From assembly GCA_964515125.1 (NCBI GenBank), contig CAZEUQ010000001.1, positions 1 through 29,669 on the forward strand: DNA of 29,669 nucleotides, read 5' to 3'. Below are positions 8,304 through 16,018 of this stretch, piece by piece. The notes beneath the pieces were generated by a model. It was not told the origin of the DNA. It was given only the letters and a program-made list of their open reading frames with translations, and did no database searches. How positions within the stretch are numbered: position 1 is the first letter of the stretch; every line of letters begins with the position of its first letter. Position numbers and translations under genes: made by a program. The stretch comes from an uncultured Candidatus Peribacteria bacterium (GTDB lineage Bacteria; Patescibacteriota; Gracilibacteria; Peribacterales; Peribacteraceae).

Positions 8304-9041
8304 ATGGGATACACACGTTCTACGGAGGCTTTGATCCTCAAAACACATGATATCGGCGAGGCGGATCGATTATGCATCCTCCTCACGAAAGATTTCGGAC
8401 GCATTGCCGCGCGCGCGCGAGCCGTACGAAAACTTACAAGCAGGCATGGAGGGAGTTTGCTTCCCTTACAGTATGTCACCGTGGAACTTGCAGAGAGTGG
8501 ATCTAGCTATACGGTGGCACGCGCTGTGTGCATTGATAGTCACGATGCCTGTCGCAAGGATTTTGCGCGCTTTCTGGCAGCAGAGCAGATGGTCAACCTC
8601 CTGCTTAAACATCTTGAAGATGCAACACCCGTGCCAACATTGTTTCATCTTGCTTCTGACTTTCTCACGCTCCAAAAAACATACCCGCCTGCATTCCTCT
8701 TCAGTGCATTTGCACTCGCATTCTTCCATGAGATCGGCACGTTGCCGTCCTTGCGCCATTCCATCATCACACATGTTCCGTTGTCTTCACAGGATCCACT
8801 CGTCGTGAGCAGGCGCTTTGAAGGAATTTGTTTGCAAGAAGAAGATCCCGCAGGACGTGCTCTTTCTGCTGGCGCACGGGAGCTTTTGTGGAATATCGAA
8901 GAATCTTCGTTGCGATGTTTACCTTCTCTCGATCCATCCCTTCTTCAGGAATTTACGTCCATCGTTGCATCACTCGTGGGCACGACACTCCCGGTCCCAA
9001 TGAGGGCAGGGAGCTCCTCCGCGGTAACGCCCACTTGGTAG
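8304..9041 (+). CDS. recO: DNA repair protein RecO
   Basis: TEALILKTHDIGEADRLCILLTKDFGRIAARARAVRKLTSR.GG.LLPL; starts 2 nt after the ftsX stop. Confidence 0.92.
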   Translation: MGYTRSTEALILKTHDIGEADRLCILLTKDFGRIAARARAVRKLTSRHGGSLLPLQYVTVELAESGSSYTVARAVCIDSHDACRKDFARFLAAEQMVNLLLKHLEDATPVPTLFHLASDFLTLQKTYPPAFLFSAFALAFFHEIGTLPSLRHSIITHVPLSSQDPLVVSRRFEGICLQEEDPAGRALSAGARELLWNIEESSLRCLPSLDPSLLQEFTSIVASLVGTTLPVPMRAGSSSAVTPTW

Positions 9042-10249
9042 AAGAGGGGACGCGCTTGATACACAGAATATGTTTCTGTGATGATGGATCCTGTTGCAGA
9101 TGGCATAACAACAGAGCGGAACCATGAGACGGACATCCCCGGCACACGTTCACCGAGTTTCTTTTGCGTTCCGGGCGGAATATCCGTTGTGTATTCGATC
9201 CTTTTTTCTGTGGGTGCAGCGGTTTGACTCCAGGTGTATGGTCCGAATATTTCCGTCGTACGCGCATCCTTCGTGCCGTAGTATATGAAGTATGCATGGT
9301 TCTCTTCTTCCACCATCGCTGTCTGGATGAGAAGTGCACCCGGTGAATCATTGAGGAATTTCATATCAACGTTTGGTGGATAGATTGTCGCATCCGTCCC
9401 TTGGGGGCTGTAGTAGTGCACCATGTAACTGTGGTTTTTGCGTTGCGTGATAGGGAAGCCATACTCCCACACGCCACGGTACGACGTCGAGCCCACCTGA
9501 CAGAGCCCACCGCCGTAATCGGGCACGGTGCGATCACCTTGGATAACCAATTCTTTCAAATACCCCGCTGCCGCGGTGACGGGCCCCAGCACTTCATTAA
9601 AGGAAAAGACCGTATCTTTTGGAATAAGATGACCGTTAAATTTAAGGAGACCCGTACGGATGTTATGTTTACGACCCTTCGTAGAACCACTGAAGTCCGA
9701 TTCGCCAACAGTTACCACTTCTTTTATGCCACTCGCTGCAAGCTCGGCATCTGTCACCGTGATGGATGGTTGAATTTCTGTGACGGGCAAAAGGATGCGA
9801 TCAATATCCTCTTTGAGCGCCTGGATTGTCATCCGTACGGTTGTATCCATATCCACGGTACGACCAGGAAGCCCAATGCCATCGAATGTGATGGTTCCCG
9901 ATGAATTTTTTCCAATGATCACAGATCCTGCAGCACGATCGAGTTGTTGGGCGATCTTTTCCTGAAGAGTTTGCCGAATGGCATCCTCATTCCACCCTTC
10001 CATCTTTTTTGTACTCCATCCAACAGGTGGCGCGATGCCATCACAACTTGTGCTGCAGAACATTGGCTCTGCGGGAACGTCATAAAAGAACCATTGCTCC
10101 TTCGGTACATTCCATGTTTTTTGGATAGGAATGGTAAAGAGAAAATGTTTATAGGTGTATGTGATGGAGGACGCGGCGTGGACGGGGAGTGCGATGAAGA
10201 AGGATGTGACGATGATGAAAAGGCCGAGACGCGGATGGAATTTGTGCAC
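8945..10249 (-). CDS. Exported VanW-family protein with a G5-like C-terminal segment
   Basis: R..NI..G..KFNG.LIP....FSFNEVLGP, YGGGLCQVGSTSYR, RKNHSY.V.YY..G.DATI and D.KF.ND; N-terminal signal/TM. Confidence 0.9.
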   Translation of the reverse strand: MHKFHPRLGLFIIVTSFFIALPVHAASSITYTYKHFLFTIPIQKTWNVPKEQWFFYDVPAEPMFCSTSCDGIAPPVGWSTKKMEGWNEDAIRQTLQEKIAQQLDRAAGSVIIGKNSSGTITFDGIGLPGRTVDMDTTVRMTIQALKEDIDRILLPVTEIQPSITVTDAELAASGIKEVVTVGESDFSGSTKGRKHNIRTGLLKFNGHLIPKDTVFSFNEVLGPVTAAAGYLKELVIQGDRTVPDYGGGLCQVGSTSYRGVWEYGFPITQRKNHSYMVHYYSPQGTDATIYPPNVDMKFLNDSPGALLIQTAMVEEENHAYFIYYGTKDARTTEIFGPYTWSQTAAPTEKRIEYTTDIPPGTQKKLGERVPGMSVSWFRSVVMPSATGSIITETYSVYQARPLFYQVGVTAEELPALIGTGSVVPTSDATMDVNS

Positions 10250-10274
10250 GAGCGAATTGTACTGGTAGAAAAAG

Positions 10275-10346
10275 GAAATCAGAAATCAGAAGTCTGAGGT
10301 CAGTATCTCAACTTTCTGCTTCCTGCCTTCTGCCTTCTGACCTCTA
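10275..10346. repeat. Inverted heptamer array (GAAATCA / TTCTGCC type)
   Basis: gaaatca-gaaatca-gaagtct-gaggtca ... ttctgct-tcctgcc-ttctgcc-ttctgac-ctcta. Confidence 0.8.
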
Positions 10347-10889
10347 CTCGCTGTCGAGTGCTCTATTGACCAGGCTGTCTGCCCGAAAGTTATCTGCCCG
10401 TGGAATATGCTTAAAGACGACATCCGGAAATTGCAGCGTGAGTTCATGAATTTCCTCTACAAGCGGTGCCAGTGTCGGCATTTTTACGCGGTATTCTCCA
10501 TTCAGTTGTTTGACGACAAGTTCGGAGTCCATATGGCAGATAAGGCGGTTCGGGAGATAATTGAGAGCAAGCTTGAGGCCCGCAATGAGTGCACGATATT
10601 CCGCGACGTTGTTTGTTTCTATGCCAATGCGTTCCATGTGCTCTTCCAGCAGTGTTCCTTCAGGATCCACCAGGATGCAGCCGATGGCGGCTTGTCCTGG
10701 GTTTCCGCGCGAGCCTCCATCTGTAAAGAGATGCAGTGTGCCACCGATCATCTGGGGCACAGAAGGATCTGTTACGGTGACAGATTCCAGTGCTTTCTCT
10801 AAAGCTTCTGCAACAAATTTTTCTCGCTCCTTTGCGCGTGGGAAAATCTCTGCGAGTTTTTTCTCGAGGCGGGCGGGCAATTTCGTCAT
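10344..10889 (-). CDS. rnhA: Ribonuclease HI family protein with a ~45-aa N-terminal helical module
   Basis: FTDGGSRGNPG, TNNVAEY, DSELVVKQ and RADSL retain all four acidic catalytic residues. Start at ATG 10889, 6 nt after TACAAT. Confidence 0.9.
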   Translation of the reverse strand: MTKLPARLEKKLAEIFPRAKEREKFVAEALEKALESVTVTDPSVPQMIGGTLHLFTDGGSRGNPGQAAIGCILVDPEGTLLEEHMERIGIETNNVAEYRALIAGLKLALNYLPNRLICHMDSELVVKQLNGEYRVKMPTLAPLVEEIHELTLQFPDVVFKHIPRADNFRADSLVNRALDSE

Positions 10890-10914
10890 AGAGGTATTGT
10901 ACATGCATGAAATC

Positions 10915-10975
10915 GCGGGCCGAAGGCCCGCTCTGGTTTTATATGGAAAAACCAGCGCAGGCGTTCCCGCCTGCG
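10915..10975. other. Three abutting perfect hairpins
   Basis: GCGGGCC-gaa-GGCCCGC, CTGGTTTT-atatgga-AAAACCAG and CGCAGGCG-ttcc-CGCCTGCG. Confidence 0.7.
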
Positions 10976-10998
10976 GGGTTCGTAGAATATGTATCAGT

Positions 10999-11640
10999 TT
11001 ACGATGTACAATCACACTTCCCTCCACACCTACATGCCATGTCAGAGCTTTCAAGATCCAATTTGAACCGTCCTTCACGGAAATCGATGACCGATCCGCC
11101 AATGCGTTGCAGGGTGAGGATGGATGCAAACACGCGGACATCGGGAGTGCTTTCTCCAAGAAAGGTTTTATCTCCCAATTCCGGTTCATCGCGAAATTCC
11201 ATGAAGAACCCACCGTGCTCATCAGCAAGAACCGAGAGACCCTGCCCACTTTTCCCTTGATCGGTAGCAATCTTTTTAATCTGTTCGCTCGCAGGTTGGG
11301 TGATGGTGAGTGTTTGCGGTCGTGGAGGCATGGTTTCAATCATCGTATTGATGTCCTCTACCAAATTTTCGATATCACGTTCATCGAAGCCGTGCCCTGT
11401 ACATCCTTCCTCCAGTGTCTCCAGTGTATTCGCGCTGCAGCCAAAGCAGTGCAGACCGTACTGTGCCAAAATTTCACTTGCTTGTGGGTACTGCTCCACT
11501 ATGACACCCACGGTCATTCCTTTGTGCACGTGCACCTTCGTCTTCTTGGCCGATGAAATTCTTTTTGCAGGGCGTTTTGCAACAGGCACATTCGCCGTCC
11601 TCACGCCTTCATCCTGCGCTGGATTCTTTTTCTTTGTCAT
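10999..11640 (-). CDS. DUF1858 (CxxC redox-disulfide) domain fused to a HesB/IscA-like A-type Fe-S carrier domain
   Basis: MTVG.IVEQYP.A.EILAQYGLHCFGC..NTLETLEEGC.GHG, followed by LTIT.PA.EQIKKI..VRVFASI..L..IGGS.IDF and a C-terminal CRCGGKCDC. Confidence 0.75.
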   Translation of the reverse strand: MTKKKNPAQDEGVRTANVPVAKRPAKRISSAKKTKVHVHKGMTVGVIVEQYPQASEILAQYGLHCFGCSANTLETLEEGCTGHGFDERDIENLVEDINTMIETMPPRPQTLTITQPASEQIKKIATDQGKSGQGLSVLADEHGGFFMEFRDEPELGDKTFLGESTPDVRVFASILTLQRIGGSVIDFREGRFKLDLESSDMACRCGGKCDCTS

Positions 11641-11678
11641 GTCACTATTCTACCTGCTTCAGAGAAACGCCGCACTCC

Positions 11679-12923
11679 ATGAAATCCCTCTTCCGAACAA
11701 CAGCCATCGTTCTTTTGCCGCTTTTCACGCTGCTTCTTGGCGTTGCCGGTGGCATGAGCTATGTACGGCACCAGCAGGAACTGACTCATTCCACACTTGC
11801 CCATTTTTATGCGGGACAAACAGGCAGCGGTCAAACAGTTCTTGCGGATCCTGAACAAGAGGTAGATCTCACGATCCTCTGGGATGTCTGGAAGAGATTG
11901 CAGACGTACTACATTGCGCCCGATGAACTGAAAATTAATGACATGGTATATGGTGCCGTGCACGGTGCGGTGGAAGCGGTTGGAGATCCCTACACCGTCT
12001 TCATGACGCCGGTTGAAAATCGTGAGTTCCAGTCTGCTCTTTCAGGCGACTTAGAAGGGATTGGTGCAGAACTTGTGTTACGCGATGGCGTGATCATTGT
12101 CGTTGCTCCCATCAAGTCTTCACCGGCGGCAAAGGCAGGGCTTCTTCCGCAGGACATCATCGCGAAGGTGAATGGTGAAGATATCGCAGGCATGCGCCTG
12201 GATGAAGTTGTCGCAAAAATTCGCGGAAAGAAAGGGACGAGCGTGACGCTCACGGTGTACCGCGATGCAGAAGCCGAGCCGCTCGATTTCACCATCGTCC
12301 GCGACAGTATCCACATTCCGAGCGTCGATTCAAAAGTGATCGAAACAGAGTCAGGATCCATCGCGTACATCGAACTCAATTTCTTTGGGGATGAATCCGT
12401 GCATGAAATGCGAAAAGCAATGACGGCACTGGATCCGAAGAAGATACAAGGCCTTGTGCTGGATTTGCGCTTCAACGGCGGGGGCCTCCTCGATGCCGCC
12501 GTTGATATTGTGTCGATGTTCCTTAAAGAAGGGAAGGTTGTAGAAGTGCAGCGCCGCGATGCCGACCTGGAGACACATTTTGTGAATGGCCAGCCACTTC
12601 TTCCAAACGTTCCTATGGTTGTGCTCATCAATGAGGGCTCTGCGTCTGCATCGGAAATCGTCGCAGGTGCACTGCAGGACCATAAACGTGCAACGATCGT
12701 TGGCACACAGAGCTTCGGAAAGGGGACTGTACAGGAAGTGATCGACCTTCCCGGTGGAGCAAGCCTTCGTGTCACAATCGCGCGGTGGCTTACGCCCAAT
12801 GGTTTGAACCTCGGCAAAAAAGGTGTGACGCCGGACATCGTTGTAAAACGCACGACCAAAGATTATGAGAATGATGTAGATCCGCAGCTGGAAAAAGCAG
12901 AAGAAGTACTGCTGGAGCGATAA
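11679..12923 (+). CDS. ctpA: C-terminal processing protease, S41A, with PDZ domain
   Basis: GDPYT, GIGAEL, PDZ GKKGTSVTL, LDLRFNGGG, SASASE, SFGKGTVQ; N-terminal TM from MKSLF. Confidence 0.95.
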   Translation: MKSLFRTTAIVLLPLFTLLLGVAGGMSYVRHQQELTHSTLAHFYAGQTGSGQTVLADPEQEVDLTILWDVWKRLQTYYIAPDELKINDMVYGAVHGAVEAVGDPYTVFMTPVENREFQSALSGDLEGIGAELVLRDGVIIVVAPIKSSPAAKAGLLPQDIIAKVNGEDIAGMRLDEVVAKIRGKKGTSVTLTVYRDAEAEPLDFTIVRDSIHIPSVDSKVIETESGSIAYIELNFFGDESVHEMRKAMTALDPKKIQGLVLDLRFNGGGLLDAAVDIVSMFLKEGKVVEVQRRDADLETHFVNGQPLLPNVPMVVLINEGSASASEIVAGALQDHKRATIVGTQSFGKGTVQEVIDLPGGASLRVTIARWLTPNGLNLGKKGVTPDIVVKRTTKDYENDVDPQLEKAEEVLLER

Positions 12924-12990
12924 GCGTGTAGCGAATAGCACCATAAAATTACTATCCGCTATCCGCTCATCGCAAGCCGCTTCTTCGCTA
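12921..12990. repeat. Inverted heptamer array (TAGC / CGCT type) between the convergent ctpA and ndk stops
   Basis: taagcgt-gtagcga-atagc ... CGCT/CGCA at 12957, 12964, 12971, 12978 and 12986. Confidence 0.7.
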
Positions 12991-13407
12991 GTACGAAAAC
13001 AACTCCTCATCCTTGAAGAATCTTTTAATCTCCTTCTCCGCCGTCTCTGCACTATCCGACGCATGGGCGACGTTGATCATCATATCCGTTCCAAATTCTG
13101 AGCGGATTGTTCCTGGTGCTGCCTTGCGACTATCGGTCACACCCAACATGTCGCGCATCGTCGCGATGACATTCTCTGCCTCCAGCGCAAGAGCAATGAC
13201 GGGCTTGGACGACATGAACTTTTCAATCTCCGGGTAGAATGGTTTATCGGCAACGTGTGCGTAGTGCTCACGCCACACATCTGGGGAAGGGTGCATCATT
13301 TTGCAGCCGATCACCTTAAATCCTGCGTCTTCAAAACGCGTGATGACCTTGCCGCAGAAGCGGCCGCTTACAGCATCAGGCTTTAAAAGAATGAGGGTAC
13401 GTTCCAT
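12988..13407 (-). CDS. ndk: Nucleoside diphosphate kinase
   Basis: MERTLILLKPDAV, G.IITRFE, PGTIRSEFG, and catalytic His in NVAHASDS. Confidence 0.97.
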   Translation of the reverse strand: MERTLILLKPDAVSGRFCGKVITRFEDAGFKVIGCKMMHPSPDVWREHYAHVADKPFYPEIEKFMSSKPVIALALEAENVIATMRDMLGVTDSRKAAPGTIRSEFGTDMMINVAHASDSAETAEKEIKRFFKDEELFSY

Positions 13408-13455
13408 CGGTGGGAAATGAAGAAGCGGGAGGATGGTAGAGGAAACGGACGAAGA

Positions 13456-13523
13456 ATAATAGAGCAAGAGAATAGTAGAATAATAGGATATAGAACCTCT
13501 TACTCTTATTCTTTTACTCATTA
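13456..13523. repeat. Degenerate 6-8-nt periodic inverted array (AATAG / CTTA type)
   Basis: ataatag..gaatagtagaataataggatatagaa / ctcttactcttattcttttactca; the period is irregular. Confidence 0.45.
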
Positions 13524-14780
13524 CGATAAAAGATCCAACAAAGTCTTTTTATTATCCTCCTTCCCAATCACCGCAAGACGGAGTTTCTCGGTTGTGAGCA
13601 GCGTCTTTGCGAGTGCATTTACTTGTTCCAGCGTTACACGGTCGATCTCCTCCATGTATTCCTGAATGTCACGGACATGAGGGTAGAGGAGCTGTTGCTT
13701 TCCATAAAAATGCGCACGTTCTTCGCTGTCTTCTAGGGACAATGTAATTTTTCCTTTCAGATAATCTTTACCGCGTTTCAATTCCTCTTTTGTAATGCCA
13801 TCTTTTGCACACACGTCATATTCATGACGGATCAAGGTGATGGCTTCATGAAGACGCGCTTGATCCACGCCAGCGCGAGTCGACAAAATTCCTGCATCCA
13901 TATAATTATCCGTCGATGTGGAAATGTAGTAGCACATCCCTTTTGCTTCGCGGATGTTCAAGAACATACGTGAGCTCATGGAGCCACCTAGAACAACGGC
14001 CAGAATTTTCTGTGCAAAATGATTTGGATCTTGTGAGGAAATTCCCTGTACGCCTAAGACAAGGTGTGCCTGCTCTGTTGGCTTTGAGCGGAGGAACAAG
14101 CGTTCCTGTGGGCAGGCGGCAAGCGGCTCCCATGCGCGGGCTTTCTTGCCTCCCACCGCTCCAAAATATGTCTCGCCCAGTTTCATCGCATCCTTCTCTG
14201 TGATGTTCCCCGCGAATGTGACGACGAGATTATCGGGTGTATAAAACTCGTTCTTGTGACGCATGAAGTCTTCTTGATTCACGGAACGGATCACAGCTTC
14301 CGTTCCGATGGTATCCCACCCGAGAGGCTGATCCCCAAAAAGGAGCTGTTCAAAATCCCATCCTGCCTGGTACATGGGTGTGTCTTGGTACATCCTGTAT
14401 TCCTCAATAATCACGCCGCGTTCTTTTTCTATTTCATCCTGCGGGAACGTTGCATGGATCAACATGTCCGAGAGCACATCGCATGCCAGTTCCGCATGGG
14501 TCGCTTCTACCTTTACGTAGTAGCCTGCATATTCCTTTCCGGTAAATGCATTGAAATCGCCGCCCACTGAGTCAATGGCCATACTGACCTGCGCCGCCGA
14601 CGTGTACTTTCCTCCGCCTTTGAAGAACATGTGTTCTAAAAAGTGACTTATGCCGCGCTCCGCATTTGTCTCGTAGCGTGACCCTGCGCCCGCAAAGACC
14701 AAAACTGTCACCGCTGCAGTGCCGTCTACGGGGGCCGTAAGAATAGGAAGGCCGGATGCGAGGCGGTTTATGGTGTACAT
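13521..14780 (-). CDS. M16 family (pitrilysin-like) zinc peptidase
   Basis: GSRYE...GISHFLEHMFFKG (HxxEH), NAFTGKEY, IEKERGVIIEE, SSRMF..IRE.KG.CY.I. Confidence 0.95.
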   Translation of the reverse strand: MYTINRLASGLPILTAPVDGTAAVTVLVFAGAGSRYETNAERGISHFLEHMFFKGGGKYTSAAQVSMAIDSVGGDFNAFTGKEYAGYYVKVEATHAELACDVLSDMLIHATFPQDEIEKERGVIIEEYRMYQDTPMYQAGWDFEQLLFGDQPLGWDTIGTEAVIRSVNQEDFMRHKNEFYTPDNLVVTFAGNITEKDAMKLGETYFGAVGGKKARAWEPLAACPQERLFLRSKPTEQAHLVLGVQGISSQDPNHFAQKILAVVLGGSMSSRMFLNIREAKGMCYYISTSTDNYMDAGILSTRAGVDQARLHEAITLIRHEYDVCAKDGITKEELKRGKDYLKGKITLSLEDSEERAHFYGKQQLLYPHVRDIQEYMEEIDRVTLEQVNALAKTLLTTEKLRLAVIGKEDNKKTLLDLLS

Positions 14781-14841
14781 CGAGGCAAGTGTAAGGGAAA
14801 AATACCAAAGGCCAAAGGCTATGCGAAATATCACCCCTCTC

Positions 14842-14895
14842 CGTAGCGGCAGCTCCGGAGCTGCCGCTAGCAGCGAGCCCTGGCTCGCTGCTACG
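14842..14895. repeat. Paired perfect palindromes (REP-doublet-like)
   Basis: A 26-bp perfect palindrome TAGCGGCAGCTCCGGAGCTGCCGCTA (14844-14869) overlaps by TA with a 12-bp stem TAGCAGCGAGCC-ct-GGCTCGCTGCTA (14868-14893). Confidence 0.75.
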
Positions 14896-14901
14896 AAGGT
14901 G

Positions 14902-14930
14902 TTGGCAAGCCAGTATCTCTCCTCTACAAT
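14902..14930 (+). promoter_or_regulatory. Sigma70 promoter of rpmH
   Basis: TTGGCA, a 17-nt spacer and TACAAT, 9 nt before ATG. Confidence 0.7.
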
Positions 14931-14939
14931 GCCCCGGTC

Positions 14940-15083
14940 ATGTTAGGAAAACTTCGATGGCGTCGGCGTCTCCGCAAGCACGGGTTTTTGGCTCGGAGTA
15001 AGAGTCCAACAGGCCGCAAGGTCTTAAAGCGCCGCCGTGCACAGGGAAGAAAGAGGATTGCTGTACAGAAGAAGCTTAAGTAA
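14940..15083 (+). CDS. rpmH: 50S ribosomal protein L34 (47 aa, below the ORF-track cutoff)
   Basis: Translated by hand: [47 protein letters not shown], matching the L34 pattern R.HGF.AR.....GR.VL.RRR..GR.RL. Confidence 0.93.
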   Translation: MLGKLRWRRRLRKHGFLARSKSPTGRKVLKRRRAQGRKRIAVQKKLK

Positions 15084-15174
15084 CACATTGCAGGTTGTGC
15101 GGGCGGCAAGTTTTTTTATCGTGCTACCTTGCCACCTGCTACCCTTTTATGAAGACAAGGAATATCATCCGGTC

Positions 15175-15486
15175 ATGCTTGAATCCGTTCACCGCATCAG
15201 CGCTGTCTTGTTTTACGTTCTTGCCCTCATCGCTCTGTGCGGTGCGGTGCTTCTTCATCGTGACGGGACGGCAGCATCATGGATTCCCGTTGTGAATTCG
15301 CTCGATCTTCCGCTCATCTTGTGTGCCATGGTGTATGGCGGGACCAGTCTGTACGGTGGCCTCACGCGTCGTGGCATGCATTCCATGACCCTCTTCATCG
15401 TCATCACGCTTCCGCTTGCACTACTGTTCGCCTTCTTTGTGTACCTTAATTTTGCGTACCCTGTTGCGCTTCCTGCCGTATCCTGA
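15175..15486 (+). CDS. Hypothetical membrane protein (about 3 TM)
   Basis: Three hydrophobic helices; ATG 6 nt after TATCAT (15163-15168). Confidence 0.65.
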   Translation: MLESVHRISAVLFYVLALIALCGAVLLHRDGTAASWIPVVNSLDLPLILCAMVYGGTSLYGGLTRRGMHSMTLFIVITLPLALLFAFFVYLNFAYPVALPAVS

Positions 15487-16018
15487 TGGTTCTATCCTCA
15501 ATGTGTAATGACTTGTTGGAAGCGCGTGCGGCGGTAAACAAATAATCACTCAAACGATTTACATAGATGATGGCAGCAGTGTTGATCTCTTCGTTTTGCA
15601 TCAGCTCCGCAAGCCAGCGTTCCGCTCGTCTACAAATAGTACGTGCTTGATGGAGCAAGGCTGCAACGTCGGACCCTCCCGGCAAAATAAAGGTGGTGAG
15701 TTCTGGGAGATCCTGCGTGTGTGCATCAATCCATCGTTCCAGCGTCACTGTACGATCCATTTCCATCCGTGGGACCTTCATATGTTCTTTGAGTGGTGTT
15801 GCCAGATCTGTACCAAGCAGAAAAAGGACGTGCTGGATTTCATCTAACTCACGGCGTACATTTTCTGGAAGATCCTCTCTCGCAAGAACGACGCCAAGAA
15901 GTGCATTCAGCTCGTCAATGGTGCCGTATGCATGCAACCGGACAGACGCTTTGGAAACACGGTCGCCGCCGAACAGGCTTGTCGCGCCTTTATCGCCGGT
16001 CTTTGTGTAAATCTTCAT
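15446..16018 (-). CDS. pduO: ATP:cob(I)alamin adenosyltransferase, PduO type
   Basis: MKIYTKTGDKG.TSLFGG.RV.K...R..AYGTIDELN, F.LPGG, ARTICRRAER, YVNRLSDYLF; ATGA overlap with the pheT stop. Confidence 0.95.
   Translation of the reverse strand: MKIYTKTGDKGATSLFGGDRVSKASVRLHAYGTIDELNALLGVVLAREDLPENVRRELDEIQHVLFLLGTDLATPLKEHMKVPRMEMDRTVTLERWIDAHTQDLPELTTFILPGGSDVAALLHQARTICRRAERWLAELMQNEEINTAAIIYVNRLSDYLFTAARASNKSLHIEDRTIRIRQEAQQGTQN

Noticed and set aside
10890-11339. 331-aa RNase H as called in the ORF track
   Set aside because: The extension overlaps the DUF1858 gene in another frame and crosses the hairpin cassette; a TACAAT box supports the start at 10889.
15089-15140. Terminator after rpmH
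   Set aside because: GCAGGT/ACCTGC and GGCAAG/CTTGCC can pair, but the T-run lies inside the loop and the geometry is not that of an intrinsic terminator.
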